DNA from: Octopus vulgaris
Lineage: Eukaryota
Assembly (NCBI GenBank): GCA_951406725.2
Contig: OX597828.1
Span: forward strand, 69,626,001 to 69,690,000
Direction of reading: 5' to 3'
DNA: 64,000 nt
A program made the position numbers and the translations under genes. Each line of letters begins with the position of its first letter. The stretch's first letter is position 1. This document shows, in pieces, positions 54,372-64,000 of the stretch. The notes under the pieces were generated by a model. It saw only the letters and a program-made list of their open reading frames with translations. It was not told where the DNA came from and did no database searches.

Positions 54372-54452
54372 GACAATGTCCAGTCCCCTACAGATGAAGC
54401 CGTCATCAGCCCTCAACAGTTGAGTTCCGACCCAGCTGTAACAAAATCTAAA
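54372..54452 (+). CDS. VPS50: VPS50 coding exon 2
   Basis: ttttcag| and |gtaagt. DNVQSPTDEAVISPQQLSSDPAVTKSK. Phase 0 to 0. Confidence 0.75.
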
Positions 54453-54589
54453 GTAAGTAACACTTCCCTATAGAGGGGTCGGGATGGGTGGGGTTTACTT
54501 ACAGGAAGAACAAAAACCTTTCTCTTGTGTTTTAACCTTATTACAACCATTTTGTTGTGTGTGTAGGCAAGTTTTTCAGATTTCCTTCA

Positions 54590-54960
54590 ATTTGGATGAA
54601 CAAGTTTTGTCAATATTGAGCTTCTGAAAACTGAAGTTGAGGAAATTCCAAATTAAATTGCAAGAAAATTAGCAAAACAGTTCAATTCAAGTGACACTTG
54701 GATCGTAAAACACCTTCACAAACAAGAAACAGTATCTAAACTTGGTCAGTGGGTCCCGCATCATTTGACTGCTTCTCAGTTCAATCAAAGTGTTGCCCTC
54801 TGCTTGTCATTGAAGGGGAGACTTGCCGCCAAACATCACTTGGTTAGAATCATCAGAAATAACGAAAAGTGGCTTCTCTATAATTATACCCCATAAAAAC
54901 AACAACAGAACCCAGTGGAAAAGGAGAACATACCCCGAAACCAAGACTGCATCTGAAAAG
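54590..54960 (+). mobile_element. Mariner transposase pseudogene fragment
   Basis: ...ARKLAKQFNSSDTWIVKHLHKQETVSKLGQWVPHHLT...RIIRNNEKWLLYN (WVPHxL and degenerate TGDEKW motifs), with an in-frame stop. Confidence 0.8.
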
Positions 54961-55132
54961 CAGGTTTTCATGTCCACTTTCCCAACTCTCAGTTGTTTCA
55001 ATGCATGCTAATTTTTCCCCGTGGCCAGATGAGTTTTCTCAGAAGACTGGAAAGAAGAGATGCATGCCATCTATAGAACAGTGACACTCATTTCTATAAC
55101 TCTGGCTATGCTATGAAGTCAAGACAAGGATA

Positions 55133-55425
55133 TCATCATCGTTTAACGTCCGCTTTCCATGCTAGCATGGGTTGGATGAATGACTGAGGGCCGGCGAACC
55201 AGATGGCTGCACAAAGCTTCAATCTTGATCTGGCAGAGTTTCTACAGCTGGATGCCCTTCCTAACGCCAACCACTCCAAGAGTGTAGTGGGTGCTTTTAT
55301 GTGTCACCGGTATGGGGCAAGTCAAGCTGTACTGGCAACGACCTCGCTTGAATCTTTTACACATGCCACCGGCACGGGTGCCAGTAAGGCGATGCTGGTA
55401 ACGATCACACTTGAATGGTGTTTTT
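55133..55425 (-). mobile_element. RTE LINE 3' tail copy
   Basis: Reverse complement of the family terminus. Further short copies at about 37340-37520(-), 40508-40700(-), 41865-42036(+) and 46521-46617(-). Confidence 0.8.
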
Positions 55426-56303
55426 TTTTTTATATAAACAAGCATATAAGTACATAGCTGCATGCATGACAGATTTTTCACTTTCTGTCTGCAGAGTTCA
55501 AAATTTAGGACCGAATTCAAAACCCCATGGTTGGGACATGGACATCTTAATTACACAGCCATTCCTGCGCCTACCTCACGCATGCACATATGCATTTATA
55601 TAAATGGTGTGAGATATTGAAATATATTTAGTATTTGACTTAGGATGAAAGTCAACAAAATTTGCTTTAGAAGTGTTGAAATGTATTGGAAATCATTTTA
55701 TTCTCAAATGCAGGATAATGCAAATAATATAGCATGAACAGGATAAACTCTCCATATTTTGCAGAAAAATATCCAATATCTGGATAATTTATCCTGTTCA
55801 TGCTATTAGCATTATCATGCATTTGAGAATAGAATAATTTCTATATTTAGTATTATGATAGTGTTTTCATTCATCAGCAACTGTTTTCTGTGCTGGAAAG
55901 GATTGGGTTGGTTTGACTGGACCTGATGTTTCAGGGTACTGCATCAAACCCCATTGCCTGTTTTAGCATGATTTTTATGGCTGGATGCTCTTCCTAATGC
56001 TGACCACTTTACAAAGTGCACTGGGTGATTTTTGTATGGGCACCAAATAACTTGCAAGCCTCCTTGGTTGAGGGCTTGCAAGACCCTTTGAGTCTATTCT
56101 AACCCTAATATCATTTCTATACATGAATTCATTGTTTGGTAATCTTTCTGTATTTGGGAATCTCAAAGTTGTTTAGACTGGGTGAGCAAGTAAAACACAG
56201 TTTTTTTCCTCAAATATTTTCCTGTTATCCAGACCAGACAGTTTCAAGATACCCCTTGCTGGCTGTAATTATATTTTTCCTAAATATTTCTCCTCTTTTG
56301 CAG

Positions 56304-56408
56304 GCCGAACAGTTTCGGGATCCCCATGTGGATCAAGAAATACTGGAAAGCATTGAATCCTTTTATTACAACTCTGAACAGTTTGACACCAGTGAATATG
56401 AACTAAAG
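56304..56408 (+). CDS. VPS50: VPS50 coding exon 3
   Basis: ttgcag| and |gtaagt. AEQFRDPHVDQEILESIESFYYNSEQFDTSEYELK, resembling [31 protein letters not shown] (recalled). Confidence 0.92.
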
Positions 56409-57292
56409 GTAAGTGGTACTTTTGTGGTGGTACCATTTCAGTGGTACCTTGAGTGTACTTTAGTGGTAGTGTGATGGTACTTCATTTGTATTTGGGAATC
56501 TTAGTTGTACTTCTGTGTCTCGTATTACAGAAGTGGACCAAGGAAGGTATTGGTACAGTTGAGGTGGTTTGATCTCAGTATGTTTAGGATCTTACAAATG
56601 AGTTGATGCCAAATGAAGACAACTGGTGATTTGTTGTATTGTAAAACTATCCAGTCCAAAGTTATTAAAGGCAAAATAGATGTTACCATAATGGTGAGGG
56701 TCTGAAATGTTGCCGAGATGCAAAACGTCTGCATGGGAGGCAGACGTTAAATGATGGCAATGCATTCAAAAGATGAGGTTTAATTCGTCCATATATTTAT
56801 AGTTTTATTTCTCACATGTCCTCTTAGATATTCGGGATTTTTGAAGTGGATCTAACTGGAAACGAGACATCTAGTGGTGATTACAGGTCAAAGTGGGTCT
56901 TGTCTTGAAGTAAGGCACCTGATTGTATTTACTGGTCAAACAGTGGACATACCACAGAATAAGATACCTGGTGGTGATTGTAGGTCAAATAAGAGGCATA
57001 TCCAGGGATGACACACCTGATTGTGATCAAAAATCAATCTAATTGAACCATGGTGTAGCTATTGCTTTATTGTAAATATAAAAAGGAGATTTGTTGTCCA
57101 CAAAAGTATATATTTTATTAACAACTCCTCTCAGATTTGTTTTTTTATGAATCTGTTGTTGTTGTTGTTGTTATTGTTAGCAAGGTTTTTGTTGTTGTCC
57201 AGAAAATAGTTCCCAGAGCTTTTGGTCGAATTCTTTCTTCTGTATTTGAAGCTTTGCATTTTCATTTTTTGCTTCTTTTGATTTGTTTCCAG

Positions 57293-57364
57293 AAATTACC
57301 TGAGACATTAGAACTAAGCCAGATTGATGCCGACAGAGCAAGATTAAGGGGTCAGCTGGATGTG
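57293..57364 (+). CDS. VPS50: VPS50 coding exon 4
   Basis: ttccag| and |gtaagt. KLPETLELSQIDADRARLRGQLDV. Confidence 0.92.
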
Positions 57365-57981
57365 GTAAGTTAAAACTGATTTTGATGTGTGTGTGTGTTT
57401 AGGGAATTGCTGTCCCCTCTGCGCTTCCTTATACCAAATTATAAAATAAAAGACAGAGAATGTCTCTGACATTGCATCTTATCATCAATTTGGGGCCAGT
57501 GTGTCCCCTAACTGCTGGGGAATGTGTCTTGACATTCACTTCGAGTACTAAAAATAGTTCAGTCTAGTTTCTGTTATGACTGGAGTGTTAAAGAAGGGCA
57601 GTTCCTTGTATTGACTCTCAGCACAGTGGTCATGGCAGGAGGGTCTGTTATTGAGATTGTTCACTGTGTCATCTAGTACCCACAAGTGTTATGACAAGAG
57701 GAGATGTAATTAAGACAGTTCGTTATATTGTCTAACAGCACAGGTGTTATAAGAGAAAATATATTTAATATGGTTGCCTACCTGTCCAGGTGTGCGATGG
57801 AAGGAGAAACAGTGATAAAGAAAATTCTCTGTATTGTCTACTAAAAGAAGTGTCAAAGAAGGAGGTCAAGGTGCGAATGAAGGAATACCTGTAATTAGGA
57901 TAGTAACTATTGTCTACCAGTACAGGTGTTGATGGGAGGAAGACATATCATTAAGCTCGTTATATTTTCTATGTACCTCAG

Positions 57982-58106
57982 GTGTCAAGGAAGGTTTATG
58001 AATTGGTACTGCAGAACCACCCTGCCTATGTCACAGAACTACAACGTGTCATGGAATTACAGAAAACCTTGCAATCAGCAGGTGGGATATGTACCACAGG
58101 ACGAAG
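57982..58106 (+). CDS. VPS50: VPS50 coding exon 5
   Basis: ctcag| and |gtaagc. VSRKVYELVLQNHPAYVTELQRVMELQKTLQSAGGICTTGR. Phase 0 to 2. Confidence 0.93.
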
Positions 58107-59255
58107 GTAAGCTGTTTTTTTTTTCATTTCTCTCACTCTCTTTCTCACCCTCTGTTTTTCTGCTTATCTCTTCCTCTCGTTTTCTTCTCTCTTCCCAGCC
58201 ATTGTTGTTTACCTCTCTCACATGTACACTGTTGGTGTTTCTGCTGCAGTTTGCTATGACTATATCGGTGATCTGGGTTCAATTCCTAGCAATGTGAATG
58301 CTGCATGTTGAGACATAAAGAGAGAGAGAGATTAATGTGCAGAAGTGCTAACCCTAGGTTTAGGAGTTCACCTCTGACTTACTGCCATTGTGTTCACACC
58401 CTGGGAACCCTCTTTCTACCCGTGTAGAAGTCACACAACCTTGTAGATACCATATTGATCCAGTTCTCCTCTGGGTCATCAGTTCTAATGTGGACCTAAC
58501 TGTCAGCATCACTCTGTTTAGCCCTAGGTCTGTTCTGATCCACCAAACTTGTGATCAAAAACAATCCAGTCATGACCATCCTGTATAGACAACATATATA
58601 AAGGACTGCATTATTTAATGTATTGACTTTGCTTTTTAAGACAATATTGTGAAATATGAAGTGTAGGTATTGTTGTTGGGGTTGAGGATTTAGTTTTACA
58701 ACTCGTGGTTTTGGAGTTCAGCCCTACTGCAAGGCACCCTGGGAAGAGTGTGTTCTGCTACAGCTCCAGTTCAACGAAAGCCCTTTGAATAGCTATGGTA
58801 GATGGAAACTGAAAGAAGCTTATCATATATGCATGCGTGTGTCTTGTCTTGACAGCATGTGGTACTTTGAAATGAGCATTACGACCCTACAAATCAAACC
58901 CTTTATTTTCAATGTTCCATGGAAACCTGTCCAGGTATCAGAATATATTAATTTGCTTGGAAATTGGTGAGGGTTGGCAGCTGGAAGGGCATCCAGTCAC
59001 AGAAAACTCTGCCTCAACAAATTTCCGTCTGACCCATACAAGTGAGAAAAGTGGATGTTAAATGATGTTGACGATTCATTCGCTGTGTCCTTCCACTAAA
59101 GACAGGTTAAATGACCGTAACAGGGACACCCACCAGCAGCCGGTTTGTGTAGGTGGTGGTGGTGGTGGTAGTAGTGTTTGCCTTCTATTGCTTCTGTTGT
59201 TGTTATGTTTGATCATATCTAATCAGTGTGTCTCTAAACCAATTATCGTTAACAG

Positions 59256-59373
59256 CCAACTACTGAAAGCCAGAGAGAGTTTTACTGCAACGAGTCTTGG
59301 CTTATTGGCAAATTACCGTAAACGAAGCCAACTAATGTCGTTACTTAAGTCTCTACACACAATCAAAACATTG
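59256..59373 (+). CDS. VPS50: VPS50 coding exon 6
   Basis: aacag| and |gtaagt. (S)QLLKARESFTATSLGLLANYRKRSQLMSLLKSLHTIKTL, resembling [31 protein letters not shown] (recalled). Confidence 0.95.
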
Positions 59374-59779
59374 GTAAGTCATTTCACATATTTTCTTTCA
59401 TTTTATTTTATTATTTCAATTTTCCGTATAAACATGTCTGGCCGTAGGGAAATATTACCTTATATGGAAACTGGTGAGGGCTGGTGAGAGGAAGGGTGTT
59501 TGACCACAGATAATGTGACTCAATGAATTCTGCCTGACCCATGCCAGCATGGAAAAGTGGAAGTCAGAATGAGCAATGATGATGATGGATACACACACAA
59601 GCCTGGCTGTGTGGTAAGAAGTTTGCTTCCTAACCCCATGGTTCCAGGTTCAGTCCCACTACATCACACTTTGGGCAAGTGTCTTCTACCGTACCCTCAC
59701 ACCAACCAAAACCTTGTAAGTGGATTTGATTGATGGAAACTGAAAGAAACCCATCATGTGTGTGTGTATATATATATAT

Positions 59780-60172
59780 AGGCGTGGGTGTGTGGTAAGA
59801 AGCTTGCTTCCCAACTACATGGTTCTGAATTCATTCCCACTGCATGGCACCTACTATAGCCTTGGGCCAACCAAAGCCTTGTCAGTGGATTTGGTAGATG
59901 GAAGCTGAAAGAAGCCCGTCATAAATATATATATGTATGTATGTATATATATGTGTGTGTGTTTATATATATATATGTGTGTCTGTGTGTGTGTTTGTCC
60001 CCCCACCACCATTGCTTGACAACCAATGTTGTCCCTTAACTTAGTAGTTTGGCAAAAGAGTCCAATTGAACAAGTACTAGGCTTACAAAGAATAAGTCCT
60101 GGGGTCAATAAGTTTGACTAAAGGTGGTGCTCCAGCATGGCTGCAGTCAAAATGACTGAAACAAGTAAAGGA
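59780..60172 (+). mobile_element. SINE family B copy, preceded by a second head at about 59600-59755
   Basis: Direct similarity to 4150-4530. Confidence 0.8.
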
Positions 60173-60693
60173 AAAAGAAAAAAATGTTTGCGTTTGTGCT
60201 TGTCTTCCATCACGATTTGACAGCTGGTGTTGGTGTGTTCACATCCCCCGTAACTTAGTGGTTCGGCAAAAGAGACCCCAATAGAATAAGTAGCAGGCTT
60301 AAAAAACGAAAGTAAGTCCTGGTGTCAGTTTATCCAGTAAGGGCCGCAGTCCAATCACTGAAGCCAGCAAAAGATAAAAGACGAAGTAGTTGTGCAGCTT
60401 TAAATCTGTTTAACTTTTGGTTCTGTTTATTGGTAGAATTAATCTGTGAAAAAGGATAAAGGAAAGAATTTATTGCAATTTCTGAATAGATTTATTCCTG
60501 AGATTGTTTAGTTTTCCAGCATGTCCACAATTCTTGCATATTACAAACCCTGATGTTCTGGAAATTTATTCTGCTGTTTCTGTTTAACCTGGAATCCTTT
60601 TACTTACTCAAACCTGCAGCTCACCCAAACCACAAAATTTAGTTGATTAAACAGTAAACCTTTTTTTTTCCATAAAATAAAATTGTAATAATT

Positions 60694-61030
60694 CATCATC
60701 ATCATTTAACGTTTGTTTTCCATGCTAGCATGGGTTGGACGGTTCGACCGGGGTCTGGTAAGCCATGGAGGCTGCACCAGGCTCTAGTCTGATTTGGCAG
60801 TGTTTCTACAGCTGGATACCCTTCCTAATGCCAACCACTCCATAAGCGTAGTGGGTGTTTTTTTACGTGCCATGCCACCGGCACAAAGGCCAGAGCAGGC
60901 TGGCAAACGGCCATGATCGGTTGGTGCTTTTAAGTGTCACCGACACAGATGCCAATCAGACGGCGCTGGCATGTTCGGACGGTGCTTTTTTACGCGTCAC
61001 CGGCACGGGTGTCTTAACTACAATTTCCAT
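60694..61030 (-). mobile_element. RTE LINE 3' UTR/tail copy, head-to-head with 61069-61722
   Basis: (cat)n TTAACGTTTGTTTTCCATGCTAGCATGGGTTGGACGG... Confidence 0.85.
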
Positions 61031-61068
61031 TTGAATTTTTATTTTTATGTTTTTATTTTTATTTTTTG

Positions 61069-61722
61069 CCTCTGGAAGTGTGCTGTGCGCGAGAAGACCC
61101 GGCAGGACAAGTGAGTCCATAACCCGTGGCCTTCTACATGGGATGGAGCCGGCCTACGTATGCATACCTTCCCTTCTTGGGACACAAAACTCTACTTGTG
61201 AAGACGTGTTGAGGCAAGTGAGGATCAGAATCGAAATCGATCAATGGAAATTGCGGATGTGCTACCAGTGCCGGTGGCATGTCAAAACTCTGCTTGTGAA
61301 GACCCGTTGAGGCAAGTGAGGATCAGAATCGAAATCGATCAATGGAAATTGCAGATGTGTTACCAGTGCCGGTGGCATGTAAGAGAACTTTCCGTTTCGC
61401 GACCGTTGCCAGCACCGCCCCGTTTCGTGTCCGTTGCCAGCCTCGCCTGGCCCTTGTGCCGGTGGCACATAAAAAGCACCATCCGTTCGTGGCCGTTTGC
61501 CAGCTCTGTCTGGCACCAGTGCGGGTGGCACGTAAAAAGCACCCACTACACTCACGGAGTGGTTGGCGTTAGGAAGGGCATCCAGCCGTAGAAACACTGC
61601 CAGATTTGACTGGGCCTGATGAAGCCTTCTGGCTTCACAGACCCCAGTAGAACCGTCCAACCCATGCTAGCATGGAAAACGGACGCTAAACGATGATGAT
61701 GATGATGATGATGATGTTGATG
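61069..61722 (+). mobile_element. 3' end of the same RTE LINE as 7397-9066
   Basis: Nearly base-for-base match to 8421-9066 (CCTCTGGAAGTG...GGACGCTAAACGATGAT). Confidence 0.95.
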
Positions 61723-62279
61723 TAATTAACCCAATAGGTCTCCCCAAGAACTGGTCTCCTCAAAAAATAAATATAAATTAATATAAATCTTCTGAGAAGA
61801 CAAAAATCTAATATGACTTTGCTAGTGTTAAAAACACTTTGCCACATTTGGTTTTAATTTTACTAGTTCACCTTTAACTGGTTGGGTGGTGATGGCATTT
61901 GAACCGTCCTAAACCAGTTTAACATGCTGGATTACTAACCCATTGGTTATTACAATTGTTGCACTATCTGAATGGTTTGTGGTGGTTGCTGTTGTTGTTT
62001 TAAACCCCTGTTCAGCCCAGATTGAGTAAACCAGCCATCAGTGTCCCTTATTTTCTTCCAGCTATAGAGTAACCAGGATTACATTGTTCAATGTGACCTC
62101 CTAGTTTCTTTTGGAAGTGATTTGAGTAATTGTGTAGAAGTTCCTTCGTTAGCTTGTGTCATTAATAATAGAAAAGGTATCCATTGAGTGGCAACCAACA
62201 TGAATCACCTCACACACATTCGTGGTAGAGAGCATGGGTATAAGAAACCAACCAACATAACCCTGAAACTAGAAAATTC

Positions 62280-62805
62280 CAACACACCTCTCAGTTCTTT
62301 TATGAAAGGTCCCACTCTGAAACCTCAAAACACATTTCTCTTTGTGGTGGGGGCCATATTCTGAAATCTCAAAACCTTGCTCTTTACAGCTGAAGCATAA
62401 AAACACCATTTCATGATTGGGTTCCAGCTTTGAAATATGAAAGAACTTACCTCTCTTCTTCATCTGTTGGGTGGGATTCTGAAATATAAAAATTAACCTC
62501 TTTCCACAGTTGATCTTGTGGTTTGAAATATGAAAAATATGAAAGCTAATATCACTTTTTTTTTTGCTTTTTTCACTCATGTTTGTATTTTCTTTGGTTT
62601 TGTATTATGTGTTACATTCATAACATTTTATATATGTAATAAAATAAAAATAAAGATTTAAAAAAAAAAACCTCCTCTTACAGTTGGGATTCTCTTTTGA
62701 AATATAAAAACTCATCTCTCTACAAGGTTGGACCATGTTCTAAAATATAAAAATCTCATCCCTCCTCACGGTTAAGCTCATATTCCAAAACATCAAAACA
62801 TCTCC
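62280..62805. repeat. Degenerate ~45-50 bp tandem repeat (TGAAATATAAAA..CTCTT.ACAGTTG)
   Basis: Recurrent TGAAATAT(A/G)AAA and CTCTT..ACAG motifs. Another decayed array lies at about 57500-57930. Confidence 0.6.
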
Positions 62806-63250
62806 CTACTTGGCACCTCAATTAATCCTATCTTACACATTGTATTTTTTTCCCTCAAACGTGGACCTTCACTCGTTTCCTTGGCCCCCCACATATTCTT
62901 GTTTAACCCCCTGGTGCCCTTCTGGCTATTCATGCCTTTTATTCATCATGCCCAGAACTACGTTATCTTGTTTATTATCCCTTCTATCTTTAAAAGGGGA
63001 AGGTTTGGATGAGTATAAGCTGCCATTTCTAGCAGGTTGAATGATTGTGTTGGTACCCTTTTCTAGGCTTTGTTTGAATCCGTGAAGAGCATAGAAAAGG
63101 GTATCAACACAATCATTTGCGGGAGAACCAGATCTGTGTCACCCCCGAATTACATCTCTCTTGCTCTCCCCCTGTTAAAACTGTGGCCCCTACTCCCTTT
63201 GTATTTAAACAGGTTCTAATTAAGACACCCTATTTCTTTCTCTTTCACAG

Positions 63251-63286
63251 CAAAGAACTGACTTAAGGTTGCGTGAAATGTTGGAG
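63251..63286 (+). CDS. VPS50: VPS50 coding exon 7 (gene continues beyond window)
   Basis: tcacag| and |gtaagt. QRTDLRLREMLE, resembling QRTDVRLSEMLE (recalled). Confidence 0.9.
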
Positions 63287-64000
63287 GTAAGTCACTTTCC
63301 GTTGCCTGACTGATCTACAGTCTACTAGTCTACTATGGGGTGGATGGGTAGGACTAGTTCATTTACTAATTAAGGGATATGAGAGAAGGTCAGGATCTAG
63401 GAGAGTGTGATTGTTGACTGTGGTCATTGTAAAGATAGTCCACTGACCTGGGTAGAAGGGGTGGGGTGAGCTTATTATTTGAAATAGGGATAACAGGATA
63501 GGACCAATTCCACATGAAAGAAGCCCATCATGTCTGTGTTTGTATCTGTCTGTTGATTAATTGTGTGTGTGGATGTGTGAGTTTGTATTTCCCTCACTTT
63601 GATTGCTTCCAGTTCTCTGCTTAGCCATATCAGTCTGTTAGTTGTTCAATAGACTGGGAGATTCTTACCTCTCTTGGAAATGAGTGTTGGTGACAGGAAG
63701 GTCATCCAACTGTAGAAAACACATTCTTCTTTGATTCAAGGAACCTAAGAAAAGTAGGCATTAAAACGATGATGATGATGAGGAGGAGGATGTGTCATTC
63801 TTGTGTGTGTGTGGTTTGTACTCAGCCTCAGAAAATAAACTATTTGGCTTTGTTGATGTATATGTGTTTAGGACAAATTGCATTTTATTGTGCTGTGAGC
63901 CCTAGAAAAGTTCTCTGTGGCTAAACTAAAGGCTCCTTTCTACTCCTCATCAATTCCTATTTGATATTATTGCTCTCCAAGATGGATAACCTGCAATAAG

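Overview
Eukaryotic, very microsatellite-rich genomic DNA. The SINE/LINE repertoire and simple-repeat load suggest an octopod cephalopod (inference). Two spliced + strand genes were reconstructed by hand from GT-AG sites with consistent exon phases. (1) The 3' part of an ARHGAP6-like RhoGAP: 11 coding exons at 5712-28136, about 710 aa in the window, intact GIFRV arginine finger, ending ...WQRERW...HETLV*. (2) The first 7 coding exons of VPS50/syndetin at 42841-63286, about 193 aa, continuing past the window. Introns and the intergenic region hold RTE-type LINE fragments (one young, with an open RT frame containing a PHD-type zinc finger), many LINE 3' tails, several tRNA-derived SINE families, R4/Dong-type LINE remnants in (TAA)n, Tc1/mariner fossils, MITEs and satellites. 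Best leads are an inverted pair of Penelope-type minimal hammerhead ribozyme motifs inside a 12-bp direct repeat (50641-51129), the PHD finger in the RT, and inverted LINE-tail pairs able to form long intronic dsRNA. Most ORFs in the supplied track are microsatellite artefacts. Homology calls rest on remembered motifs, not database searches, and repeat boundaries are approximate.
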